A stretch of DNA of 64,000 bases. It comes from Rhabdothermincola sp. Its GTDB lineage: Bacteria > Actinomycetota > Acidimicrobiia > Acidimicrobiales > Acidimicrobilacustridaceae. The notes beneath the pieces are model-generated. The model ran no database searches. It was given only the letters and a program-made list of their open reading frames with translations, and was not told the origin of the DNA. Location of the stretch: the NCBI RefSeq assembly GCF_036846205.1, contig NZ_DAIUCK010000001.1, positions 4,961-68,960 on the forward strand, in the 5' to 3' direction. Below, one piece after another: positions 18,606 to 27,363 of this stretch; within the stretch, counting starts at the first letter, position 1, and every line of letters begins with the position of its first letter. The translations under genes and the position numbers were made by a program.

Positions 18606-21425
18606 GTGGCGCTCGCTGAGGTCGAGGCCCCCCCGGAACGACCACGACCGGGGCGTGAGCCCGCCCTCGGCGCGGCACGGAGGCGAGCGCAGCTTCCCTA
18701 CTTCCCCGCGCTGGACGGGCTCCGAGGGTTGGCCGTCGCCGCCGTGCTGGCCTTCCACGGAGGCTTCAGCTGGATGGTCGGCGGCTTCCTCGGGGTGTCG
18801 ACGTTCTTCACCCTCTCGGGGTTCCTGATCACCTCGCTGCTGCTGGCGGAGCGCGGTGGCCGCGGCGCGCTCGACCTCCGGGCCTTCTGGGCCCGCCGCT
18901 TCCGCCGGTTGATGCCGGCTGCGCTGGCCTGCCTCGCGTTCGTCATCCTCTTCGGCGTCTTCGCCGCGGACCCCACGCAGCGACGCAACCTCGCGGGCGA
19001 CGAGTTGTCGGCCTTGGCGTACGTCGCGAACTGGCGGTTCATCCTCGCGGACAGCTCCTATGCCGACCTGTTCGCCGCGCCCTCGCCCGTGCTGCACTTC
19101 TGGAGCATCGCGATCGAGGAACAGTTCTACCTGGTCCTGCCCGTGCTGTTGGGAGGGCTGTTCACGCTCGGAGCGATGGCCAAGACCTCCGAAGATCCGA
19201 AACGTCGGTACTGGCTGATGCGAATCCGGCACTACTACCGGGGGCTCACGGCGGGGATCATCGGCGCGCTCGCCGTGGTGTCGTTCTGCCTCGTCCGCTT
19301 CGGCGGCTTCAGTGTCGACCGGATCTACTTCGGTACGGACACCCGGGCCAGCGAGCTGCTGGTCGGTGGCCTGCTCGCTGTGGTGCTGTTCCACGCGCCG
19401 GTCACCGCCCGCCTGGCTCGGCCGGGTGCCGTGCGCTCGGCGGCGGCCGGCTTCGGGGTCCTGGCACTCATCGCCGTGGCGGTGCTGTGGGTCCGTACAC
19501 CCCAGACCAGCAGCTGGCTGTACGAGGGCGGCTTCACCCTCTACGCGGCGATCTCGGCGTTGGTGGTCCTGGCTGCGATCCTCCCAGCCGGCCCCGTCCC
19601 GAAGCTGCTCGCGATCGCCCCGATCCGGCATCTCGGTCGCATCTCCTACGGCGTGTACCTCTACCACTGGCCGGTCTTCCTCTGGGTCCGGCAGGAGACG
19701 ACCCTCGGGCTGTGGCCCCGGTTCGCGTTGAGCGTGGCGATCACCCTGGTGATGGCCGAGCTGTCGTTCCGCTACCTCGAGACCCCGATCCGCGAAGGAC
19801 GGGGGCTGCTCGACGTACGGCCGATCCGGTTGGTCCCCTACGTCGTACCCGCGATCGTGGTGGCGGTCCTCGCCGTGAGCTTGACGGCTCCCAAGTCGAC
19901 CCTCAACTTCGGGACCGTCCCGTTCGACTACGACACCGCCGCAGCCCGAGACGAAGGAAACCCGGGAACGACGACGCCGCCACCGCCCAGCGTGGCCTTC
20001 TTCGGTGACTCGACCGCCATCACGACCGGATGGGGGGTCGGCGCCTACCTCCAGGGAACCGGTGCCGGCAGCAACGTCGAGGGCTATGCCGGGCTCGGCT
20101 GCAGCGTGATCCGCACCGACGAGCGGCGCATCGAAGGCGTCGTCGACCGATCGAAACCCAACTGCCTCGACTGGGAGCACCTCTGGGGCGAGAAGATCAC
20201 CCGAGGAAGGCCCGACGTCGCCGTCGTGCAGATCGGGCCCTGGGATATCGCGGACCGCAAGGTGCCAGGTGCCGACGGCTGGCGATCCCCGGGCGATCCC
20301 CGCTTCGACGAGTTCGCGCTCTCGGAGATGGTCCATGCCGTTGACGTCCTCTCTGCGCAGGGAGCGTTGGTGGTCTGGCTCACCAGCCCACTGCCCGGGC
20401 GAGCCGCGACCATCGATGACAAGCCCGGTTGGGACGCGTCCGCACGTATGACGGCGTTGAATGCGATCATTGAGCGTTTGCCGGACCGGCGGCCCGGCAA
20501 GGTCGAGGTGGTCGATCTCGCCGGCTGGTTCCGGTCGCTCAGCGCGGACGAGGACGCTCGACTCCGGCCGGACGGGATCCACCTCACGATGGAGACCTCC
20601 CGCGAGGCGGCCGACTCGTTCATCGCCGGCGCGATCATCGACGCCTGGCGAGGGTGGTGGGAAGCACGCCAGGAGGGCGGCGCCCAGCAGCCTCCCAGCA
20701 TCACTCAGCCCCCCACGCCGGTCGCGCCCGTCTCGGTGGTCGTGGTCGGCGACGGCACCGCCGAGCAGATCGCGGGGGGCTTGAGCGGCTGGGCGGAGGC
20801 AAACGGCGGTATCAGGGTGCGCTATTCGGGTGCCCCGACCTGCGGCATCGGCCGGCAAGGAACCCGTCGGGACCCGGTGACCAACGCCGAGGAGGCGCTA
20901 CCGGCCGACTGCACCAACTGGGAAGAACGCTTCCCGTTGGTGCTCGCCGGCACCCCTGCGGACGTCGTCGTGGCCCACACGGGACTGTGGGACGTGGTCG
21001 ACCGCAGCCTCGACCCCGGCGTGTGGCGGACAGTCAACGACGACACCTACGACCTCTACCTGCTCGGTGAGCTGCTCGCCGCGTCAGATCGCCTACACGT
21101 GAACGGGGCCCGTGTCGTCTGGCTCCTCACCCCGCACGTCGATCCTGGCCGCGCGGCAGATGGCACCCCAGGAGCGCGACCGGCGTCGGAGCCGGAGCGG
21201 ATCGACCGCCTCAACGACCTCCTCCGCGAGGTGGCGGCCAAACGCGACTTCGTGACCGTGCTCGACTACGCGGCACAGGCACGGTCGTGGCCCGGTGGCG
21301 AGTTCGACCCCCGGATGCGCGCGGACGGTGTGGGACTCACCGCCGAAGGGGTGCGCTCCATCGCCGACTGGCTCGCGCCGCAGCTGATCGATCTGGTACG
21401 GCCAGCCGGCACTGGAGCACGTTGA
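18606..21425 (+). CDS. Acyltransferase family 3 (OafA/YrhL-type) membrane O-acyltransferase fused to two SGNH-fold domains
   Basis: FPALDGLRGLAVAAVLAFH...FFTLSGFLIT AT3 signature. First SGNH has GDS (20004-20012) and DGIH (20571-20582). The second has GDG and DGVG at the equivalent positions. Confidence 0.85.
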   Translation: MALAEVEAPPERPRPGREPALGAARRRAQLPYFPALDGLRGLAVAAVLAFHGGFSWMVGGFLGVSTFFTLSGFLITSLLLAERGGRGALDLRAFWARRFRRLMPAALACLAFVILFGVFAADPTQRRNLAGDELSALAYVANWRFILADSSYADLFAAPSPVLHFWSIAIEEQFYLVLPVLLGGLFTLGAMAKTSEDPKRRYWLMRIRHYYRGLTAGIIGALAVVSFCLVRFGGFSVDRIYFGTDTRASELLVGGLLAVVLFHAPVTARLARPGAVRSAAAGFGVLALIAVAVLWVRTPQTSSWLYEGGFTLYAAISALVVLAAILPAGPVPKLLAIAPIRHLGRISYGVYLYHWPVFLWVRQETTLGLWPRFALSVAITLVMAELSFRYLETPIREGRGLLDVRPIRLVPYVVPAIVVAVLAVSLTAPKSTLNFGTVPFDYDTAAARDEGNPGTTTPPPPSVAFFGDSTAITTGWGVGAYLQGTGAGSNVEGYAGLGCSVIRTDERRIEGVVDRSKPNCLDWEHLWGEKITRGRPDVAVVQIGPWDIADRKVPGADGWRSPGDPRFDEFALSEMVHAVDVLSAQGALVVWLTSPLPGRAATIDDKPGWDASARMTALNAIIERLPDRRPGKVEVVDLAGWFRSLSADEDARLRPDGIHLTMETSREAADSFIAGAIIDAWRGWWEARQEGGAQQPPSITQPPTPVAPVSVVVVGDGTAEQIAGGLSGWAEANGGIRVRYSGAPTCGIGRQGTRRDPVTNAEEALPADCTNWEERFPLVLAGTPADVVVAHTGLWDVVDRSLDPGVWRTVNDDTYDLYLLGELLAASDRLHVNGARVVWLLTPHVDPGRAADGTPGARPASEPERIDRLNDLLREVAAKRDFVTVLDYAAQARSWPGGEFDPRMRADGVGLTAEGVRSIADWLAPQLIDLVRPAGTGAR

Positions 21426-21925
21426 ACGTGCACGTCCAGGCCTACGACTTCGTCGCCCGCCACGCGACGGGGACCGCGGGGGCACGAGTCCTCGAGCTCG
21501 GCAGCCTCGACATCAACGGGAGTGTGCGTCCCCTCTTCGCCGGTGCCCGCAGCTACCACGGCGTCGACCTCGCCCCGGGACCGGGGGTCGACGAGGTGGC
21601 AGACGCCGCGGACTGGCGGGCTCCAGGATCCTTCGACGTGGTCGTGACCACCGAGGTGCTCGAGCACGCAGCCCGCTGGCGCGACATCCTCTCCAACGCG
21701 TGGGAGGCGCTCGTTCCCGGTGGGAGGCTGATCGTCACCTGCGCGACAGACCCCCGCCCACCTCACAGCGCGATCGACGGCTGGGCGCTGCGGGAAGGCG
21801 AGTGGTACGAGAACGTCTCGCCGACCCAGCTGCGGGCGCTGCTCGACAGGTGGGGGGCGAGCTGCTGGACGCTCGAAGTGGCGCTCGATCGCGGCGATCT
21901 CTACCTGCGCGCCGACAAGCCCTGA
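21422..21925 (+). CDS. Small class I SAM-dependent methyltransferase (tentative)
   Basis: VLELGSLDINGS...YHGVDL...FDVVVTTEVLEHA...ALVPGGRLIV. TTG 21422 (or GTG 21428) overlaps or abuts the AT3 stop at 21425. Confidence 0.6.
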   Translation: MNVHVQAYDFVARHATGTAGARVLELGSLDINGSVRPLFAGARSYHGVDLAPGPGVDEVADAADWRAPGSFDVVVTTEVLEHAARWRDILSNAWEALVPGGRLIVTCATDPRPPHSAIDGWALREGEWYENVSPTQLRALLDRWGASCWTLEVALDRGDLYLRADKP

Positions 21926-21946
21926 GTTCCAGCCCGCGCCAAGGCC

Positions 21947-23026
21947 TCAGAGTTCACCGGTCAGCTCGGTGAGCACGACATCCGCGATGCGCTCGGCGGC
22001 GTGCCCGTCCCACAGCGCTGGGCGCTGCGCCGGCACCCCGTGCTGCAACACCCGCTCCACCTCGGCCACGATCACCTGCGGTTCACGCCCGATGACCCGG
22101 TTGGTGCCCTCCTCGACCGTGATCGGCCGCTCAGTGCTGTCTCGCAGGGTGAGGCATGGCACGCCAAGCACGGTCGTCTCCTCCTGCACCCCGCCAGAGT
22201 CCGTGAGGACCACCGCGGCGGCCGCTTCCAGGGCCACGAAATCCAGATAGCCGAGCGGGTCGAGGAGCCGGATGCCGGGTGCCACCCCGATCTCGTCGAC
22301 CACCGCTCGGGCCCGGGGATGGACCGGGAACACGACGGGCAGCTGCCTCGACACGCTCGCCAGCGCGGCGAGGAGCCCGCGCAACACGCCCGGGTCGTCG
22401 ACGTTCGCCGGGCGGTGCAGCGTGACCAGCGCGTAGCCCCCGCGGTCCAGGCCGAGCCGGTCGAGCACCGGCCGGTGGCGCGCGCGATCGAGATTTCCGA
22501 GCAGGGTGTCGATCATCACGTTGCCGACCAGGTGGATCTGCGAAGGCGTGTGTCCCTCGGCGCGGAGGTTGTCGACCGCGTCGGGGGACGGAGCGAACAG
22601 GACGTCACTCAACCGGTCGGTGACGATCCGGTTGATCTCCTCGGGCATCGATCGGTCGCCACTGCGCAGGCCGGCTTCGACATGTGCCAGGCGCACCCTC
22701 GCCTTGGCCGAGACGAGCGCGGCGGCCATGGTGGAGTTCACGTCGCCGACCACGATCATCATCTCCGGCGCCAGCTCGGCCACCACCGGCTCGAGGGCCA
22801 GCATGACCCCCGCGGTCTGCTGCGCATGGGTGCCCGAGCCCACACCGAGGTGCAGATCCGGCGCCCGCAGACCCAGTTCGTCGAAGAAGACGTCGCTCAG
22901 CAAAGGGTCGTAGTGCTGCCCGGTGTGCACCAGGTGCACACCGATGCCGCGAGCCTCGAGCGCGTCGAGCACCGGCTTGACCTTCATGAAGTTCGGGCGC
23001 GCCGCGGCGACGCACATGACCTTCAC
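21947..23026 (-). CDS. wecB: UDP-N-acetylglucosamine 2-epimerase (non-hydrolysing)
   Basis: ARPNFMKVKPV...HTGQHYD...GVGSGTHAQQT...TDSGGVQEE are canonical WecB/MnaA motifs. GTG 23026 lies 1 nt after the upstream stop. Confidence 0.9.
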   Translation of the reverse strand: MKVMCVAAARPNFMKVKPVLDALEARGIGVHLVHTGQHYDPLLSDVFFDELGLRAPDLHLGVGSGTHAQQTAGVMLALEPVVAELAPEMMIVVGDVNSTMAAALVSAKARVRLAHVEAGLRSGDRSMPEEINRIVTDRLSDVLFAPSPDAVDNLRAEGHTPSQIHLVGNVMIDTLLGNLDRARHRPVLDRLGLDRGGYALVTLHRPANVDDPGVLRGLLAALASVSRQLPVVFPVHPRARAVVDEIGVAPGIRLLDPLGYLDFVALEAAAAVVLTDSGGVQEETTVLGVPCLTLRDSTERPITVEEGTNRVIGREPQVIVAEVERVLQHGVPAQRPALWDGHAAERIADVVLTELTGEL

Positions 23027-23027
23027 G

Positions 23028-25040
23028 TCAACCGAACCGCAACCACGTGCCGTCGATCGCCACCTGGCCCACTCCGGGGTGACTCCAGTCGCACACCCCA
23101 TCGGGAAAGATGGCCTCCAGCCTCCGGCGCTGGAGGTTGCTGAGCTCGACCCCGTACAAGCCTGGATCAACCGGCACCAGGCGGCATTTCCCGATGTCGT
23201 TGACCAGCGGCGCGCCCGCAGCACGCCGTGGATCACCCTTGACCGGGTAGGCACGGGTGCAGGGGTTGTCCTCGTCGTTCACGCCCGCACCGCTGAGTCG
23301 CTCGCCGTCCGGTAGGACGCAGCTGTCCACCGCAGCGGCGGGGCGGTTGGCGGCCAGCTTCTCGGACCACGATCGTTCCGAGGTGTCGGCGCCCGCCCTC
23401 GTCAACCACTCATCCAGTACGCCTACCGCGTCGGCTCCCTGCTTGACGGCCCCGATCAGCGTCTGAGCCAACGCGCCCGTGCCGGGCACGGTCCAGAGCA
23501 CCAGGTTGGGGTCCAACGCACCGTCGGGACCACGGAGCCGCTCCCGGATGGCGAAGAGCCGTTGCCGGTCGTGGATGTCGCCCTGGTCGTCGGTGTAGAC
23601 GTTGGTGAGGATGATCGGAACGTCCCACAGGCCCTGGCCGCTCAACACCTGACCGGTCGCGTAGGCAACCCGCATGTCTTCTTCGGTCGCCGCCATCCGC
23701 CGGGGCACGATCCGACCGTCGATGTCGTAGCCCCCGATGTGCTCGTTCAAATCAAGGAACTGATCAACCGTGATCACGCCGCCCCGCAGGGCTTCGAGGC
23801 CGTACTGGACACCGGTGTTGTCCAGCGGTCGACGGGCGAAACCGGTGACGGGATCGCGGCCGTAGATGTTGACATTGCTGTCCTGGAAGGTGCAGCGGAC
23901 CCCGCCGGGATTGCGTTCGGGGTCGTAAATCCTGCTCGGGTCCAGCTCGGCCGAGCAGCCACGGGTGGGGTCGAGGAGCTGGAGGAACGCGTTCACCCAC
24001 AGATCGCAGGTGCCGGTCGTTCGATGCCCGTTGATGGCGGCGCGCTGTGTATCGCTGAGGCGGGCACCTTCGGCGGTGCGGTAGTAGTGATCAAGCAGCC
24101 CGCAATCCGTGACCCCCGGCGCGATGCTCGCCGCATCCGGGAACGGGACAGTGGGCGCGAGCGCATCGAGAATGCCGGGATAGTTCTGCGCGATCTGGAG
24201 TTGCTGGATCGCGCCCCCGGACCCTCCCTCGCCGATCGTGAATCGCGGCAACCCGTAACGCTCGATGAAATGCTCTTTCACCATCAGCGCCACCTCTGCG
24301 GACACCACCGAGTTGCAGAGGTTCTGGAAGGTGTTGAGGCTCGACGTCACCACCGCATAGCCCCTCGACAGCAGGCTCGGGTCCGTCGCTTCGACCAGCG
24401 AGCGACCCTGGCTGTAGGTGCTCCCACAGCCCCCGCCGAAGCGGTAGACCAGCCTGCGGTTCCAGCTCTCGCGGGGGATCGCGATCGTGTAGGCGGAGCG
24501 CCCGAGGACGCCCCGCTCGACGATGGTGGCCACTCCATCGATCTCCTCCTGAGCCACCTGAGCAGGCGCCGAGCAGGCGGCATCGGTGGCCGGCCCGAGC
24601 CCGTTCTGCTCGGTGGTGCAGACGAAGGGCTCGAGCAACGGCCCCGAGAACAATGGTCCGGTGGTGGGGTGGTTGGTCACCACCAGTTCGGCGAGATCCC
24701 GCCCGCGAGCGGCACGGATCGTGCTGTCACCTTCGGGTAGGCCGGTGACCAGCCCGACGAGCTGGTCACCGTCGGAGGCGAAAGCGGCGGTCACGTCACG
24801 GCCATCCACTTCGACGACGATGTCGCCGAGATCCTGATCGCCCGCCCGGACGGCGACCAGGACGTCACCGCCGGTCACGTACTCGGGCCTGGTCGAGAGG
24901 GCCTCGATCCGCAGCGGGCTCGAATCGGCGACATCGGAACCTATCGATCCCGCGCCACCCGACCCGCTGGTGCAGCCGCCGAGAATCAGCGCGGACACCA
25001 CGGCCACCAGCCAGCGGCGGTCTCGGTAGCCCTCACCCAT
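23028..25040 (-). CDS. Secreted lipoprotein, putative alpha/beta-hydrolase-like (possibly DUF6351 / tannase-feruloyl-esterase-like)
   Basis: Lipobox LILGGC after a basic N-terminus. GEGGSGG nucleophile-elbow-like motif. 670 aa. The family name is from memory only. Confidence 0.55.
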   Translation of the reverse strand: MGEGYRDRRWLVAVVSALILGGCTSGSGGAGSIGSDVADSSPLRIEALSTRPEYVTGGDVLVAVRAGDQDLGDIVVEVDGRDVTAAFASDGDQLVGLVTGLPEGDSTIRAARGRDLAELVVTNHPTTGPLFSGPLLEPFVCTTEQNGLGPATDAACSAPAQVAQEEIDGVATIVERGVLGRSAYTIAIPRESWNRRLVYRFGGGCGSTYSQGRSLVEATDPSLLSRGYAVVTSSLNTFQNLCNSVVSAEVALMVKEHFIERYGLPRFTIGEGGSGGAIQQLQIAQNYPGILDALAPTVPFPDAASIAPGVTDCGLLDHYYRTAEGARLSDTQRAAINGHRTTGTCDLWVNAFLQLLDPTRGCSAELDPSRIYDPERNPGGVRCTFQDSNVNIYGRDPVTGFARRPLDNTGVQYGLEALRGGVITVDQFLDLNEHIGGYDIDGRIVPRRMAATEEDMRVAYATGQVLSGQGLWDVPIILTNVYTDDQGDIHDRQRLFAIRERLRGPDGALDPNLVLWTVPGTGALAQTLIGAVKQGADAVGVLDEWLTRAGADTSERSWSEKLAANRPAAAVDSCVLPDGERLSGAGVNDEDNPCTRAYPVKGDPRRAAGAPLVNDIGKCRLVPVDPGLYGVELSNLQRRRLEAIFPDGVCDWSHPGVGQVAIDGTWLRFG

Positions 25041-25500
25041 CGGTCGTCTGCCGGCCGAGCCGCTCCCTGGCCTCCATCCAACCCTGGACCATCGTCGCGA
25101 AGTGCGCCGGGTTGTAGATGTCCTCCTCGTAGGACCACTTGCCGCGCCCCGCGTACTTCAGCAAGGTGAAGTTGTACGCCTGGTGCAAGGATCCATCACC
25201 CGGATCGGCCATGCGGTTCCACACCTGGCACACCACCCAACCCCGCTCCTCGTCGACCACGTGCCACTCGACCGGGAAGTGAGGCATCTCCCGGCCGGGG
25301 AACGACGACATGGTTTCGGTGATCCATCGCCGGATCGCCTCCCTCCCACCCATCGTGCCGTAGTGGTGCTCGACGTAGGTGGCGTCCTCCGTGAACAGGT
25401 CTGCCCAACCGTTCCAGTCACCGGTGGTGCCGGCAACGAGGGCTGCCCGCTGGTACTCCTCGAACGCCTGCTCGATCTCGTCCCGGCTCCATCGACCCAT
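25033..25500 (-). CDS. NTF2-like (SnoaL-type) family protein
   Basis: 155 aa from ATG 25500. The WNGWADLFTEDATYVEH...GREAIRRW pattern is typical of SnoaL/NTF2 folds. Its stop overlaps the lipoprotein start (ATGGGTGA). Confidence 0.7.
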   Translation of the reverse strand: MGRWSRDEIEQAFEEYQRAALVAGTTGDWNGWADLFTEDATYVEHHYGTMGGREAIRRWITETMSSFPGREMPHFPVEWHVVDEERGWVVCQVWNRMADPGDGSLHQAYNFTLLKYAGRGKWSYEEDIYNPAHFATMVQGWMEARERLGRQTTDG

Positions 25501-25534
25501 GTTCGAGGAGTCTTGCGCAGGCAGGCAGAGGCCG

Positions 25535-27142
25535 CTAGCTGCCCGTGAGGTCCAGCTCGGTGAGCACGTCGCGCAGGAGGGGGCCGACCCCCGGCGAGCG
25601 GTCATCGAACGTCGTGGCATCACCGATGATCTCCACCCCTGACAGGTCGAGTACCAGGCGTTCCTCTCGCCGTGCCACGCGCCAGGCCTGCGAGCCCAGC
25701 CCGTTGCGGACCTGCCAGAGCAGCGTACGAAGTCGGTGATTGCGCCGCGCGGGTGCGGCTACGGGCCAGAGCGCCTGGGCCAGCACCCTCGCCTCCACCC
25801 CCCGCTCCCTCGCCAGGGCGAGCACATAGACCGAGACCTCCGCGTGCCTGGTCAGGAAGACCACCCGCTGACCGCCGAGCTGGACCGAGGGTCGACCGAT
25901 GAGCGTGATGTGCAGGCTGTCGCTCGAGCGGAAAAAGTCGTAGGCGGGGTCACCGTCGCTGCAGGACCGAGCCCGGGCGATCCACCATTGTCCGCGATCT
26001 CGCTCCGCTGCGGCCAGACCCGTGCAGATCCTCGCGATCCAGTAGCGGGCCTCCGCGGGCTCGACGAGGCCCAACGCCTCCTCGAACGCCACCCGCGCGG
26101 CAGGACGGTCGCCCGACCGCAGATGGGTCTCCCCCATCCCGACCAGGGCGCGCGCCCGTTCGAGGGGATTCGAGAGGTCCTCGGCCGCACGACCGAACCG
26201 TTCGATCGCGTCTTCGAAGCGTGCGAGCTCACGCAGTGCGGATGCCTCGGCCAGCACACTGAGGCTGGTCCACCAGCGGTCACCGATCGCCATGGCCTCC
26301 TCACGGGCCCGGTAACTGTCGGCGAGCGCGCGCTCGGGGTCCCATGCGGCGGTGAACTCGCCGCGCATGCACCGGGCCATCACCGCGTACCAGGGGGCCG
26401 ACAGCTCGTCAGCCGTTGCGAGCGCCTGCGCGAACGCGGCGTCCGACTCCCGTCGGTGACCTCGGAGTGCCTCGAGCACCCCTCGCAGCGCACTGAGCAG
26501 TGGACCGTCGTTGCGGACTCCTCCGGTCGCGATCTCCTGCCAGATGCCGTCGGCTCGGTCGAGCTCCGCCTCGGCTCGGGCGAAATCGCCGAGGTTGAGG
26601 TCGTACAGCACGAGATAGACGAGCGGCACGAGCTGTGCCGGCCGATCGCCTACAGCCATCAGCTTCGACCAGGCTTCCTCAGCCCGGGCGATCGCTCCGT
26701 GGAGGTCACCTCTGCGGTATGCCTCGATGGAGAGGTGTGCGAGCACCGTCGCACCCAGCGGCACGCCGCCGTCGAGCAGATCCAGGCACCGCCTCCACCA
26801 GGCCAGTGCCTCGTCCAGCTCACCACGGGCGAAGGCCAGGTTGGCTCGCACGTTGGCCGCCACGCCCAGACCCTGCTTGTCTTGGTACTCGAGCAGCTGC
26901 TCCCAGGCTGCCTCCACGAGCTCGATGACCCGGGGGTGGCCCCGGTAGACGTCGTGGCAGGCGGCGGCGACGAGCAGGCCGGCGAAGGGACGTTCCTGGA
27001 GATCGAGATCCAGCAACTCGTCGAGCTGTGGTGCGAGCAACCGGGGAGCGCCGGTGGTCAGTACCTCGACCGCCATCTCCTCGAGGATCATCGCCGGTTC
27101 GTCGGATCCTCCGGCCGTGGTTGCGGACTGCACCTCCCCCAT
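25535..27142 (-). CDS. Transcriptional regulator, N-terminal TPR-like helical repeats + C-terminal OmpR/SARP-type winged helix
   Basis: The N-terminal 400 aa is repetitive Ala/Leu/Arg helical (TPR-like). The C-terminus LHITLIGRPSVQLGGQRVVFLTRHAEVSVYVLALA...RLRTLLWQVRNGLG fits the SARP/OmpR DNA-binding pattern. Confidence 0.6.
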   Translation of the reverse strand: MGEVQSATTAGGSDEPAMILEEMAVEVLTTGAPRLLAPQLDELLDLDLQERPFAGLLVAAACHDVYRGHPRVIELVEAAWEQLLEYQDKQGLGVAANVRANLAFARGELDEALAWWRRCLDLLDGGVPLGATVLAHLSIEAYRRGDLHGAIARAEEAWSKLMAVGDRPAQLVPLVYLVLYDLNLGDFARAEAELDRADGIWQEIATGGVRNDGPLLSALRGVLEALRGHRRESDAAFAQALATADELSAPWYAVMARCMRGEFTAAWDPERALADSYRAREEAMAIGDRWWTSLSVLAEASALRELARFEDAIERFGRAAEDLSNPLERARALVGMGETHLRSGDRPAARVAFEEALGLVEPAEARYWIARICTGLAAAERDRGQWWIARARSCSDGDPAYDFFRSSDSLHITLIGRPSVQLGGQRVVFLTRHAEVSVYVLALARERGVEARVLAQALWPVAAPARRNHRLRTLLWQVRNGLGSQAWRVARREERLVLDLSGVEIIGDATTFDDRSPGVGPLLRDVLTELDLTGS

Positions 27143-27273
27143 GTCTGATCCCGTCTCCTCCGTCGAGGCGCGTGCAGCCTCGTTCCCCCTGGTGACCACC
27201 GCGCACCGCCCACAGGCCGCACGGCACGCTGCCAGCTGGCCCTGGCTGTCGCCGGAGCCGCTGGTTGAACGAC

Positions 27274-27311
27274 GGTTATAACCTCGCCAACCATCATGAC
27301 GCAACCATCAT
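27274..27311. promoter_or_regulatory. AT-rich palindrome GGTTATAACC plus 2x direct repeat CAACCATCAT (14-nt period) in the intergenic region upstream of the regulator gene
   Basis: Palindrome at 27274-27283. Repeats at 27288-27297 and 27302-27311. This is the lowest-GC patch I noticed in the window. Confidence 0.25.
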
Positions 27312-27363
27312 CGGGCGCCAAGCACCGGGGCGGGGCTCGGCGGGCCGGAGGAGACGAGCAGGT

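Noticed and set aside
16968-20858. 1296-aa ORF on the minus strand, the longest in the track
   Set aside because: It is antisense to two well-supported plus-strand genes (DUF4012-like, AT3-SGNH). The translation is Arg/Gly/Pro/Asp-rich low-complexity with no motifs. This is a typical high-GC shadow frame.
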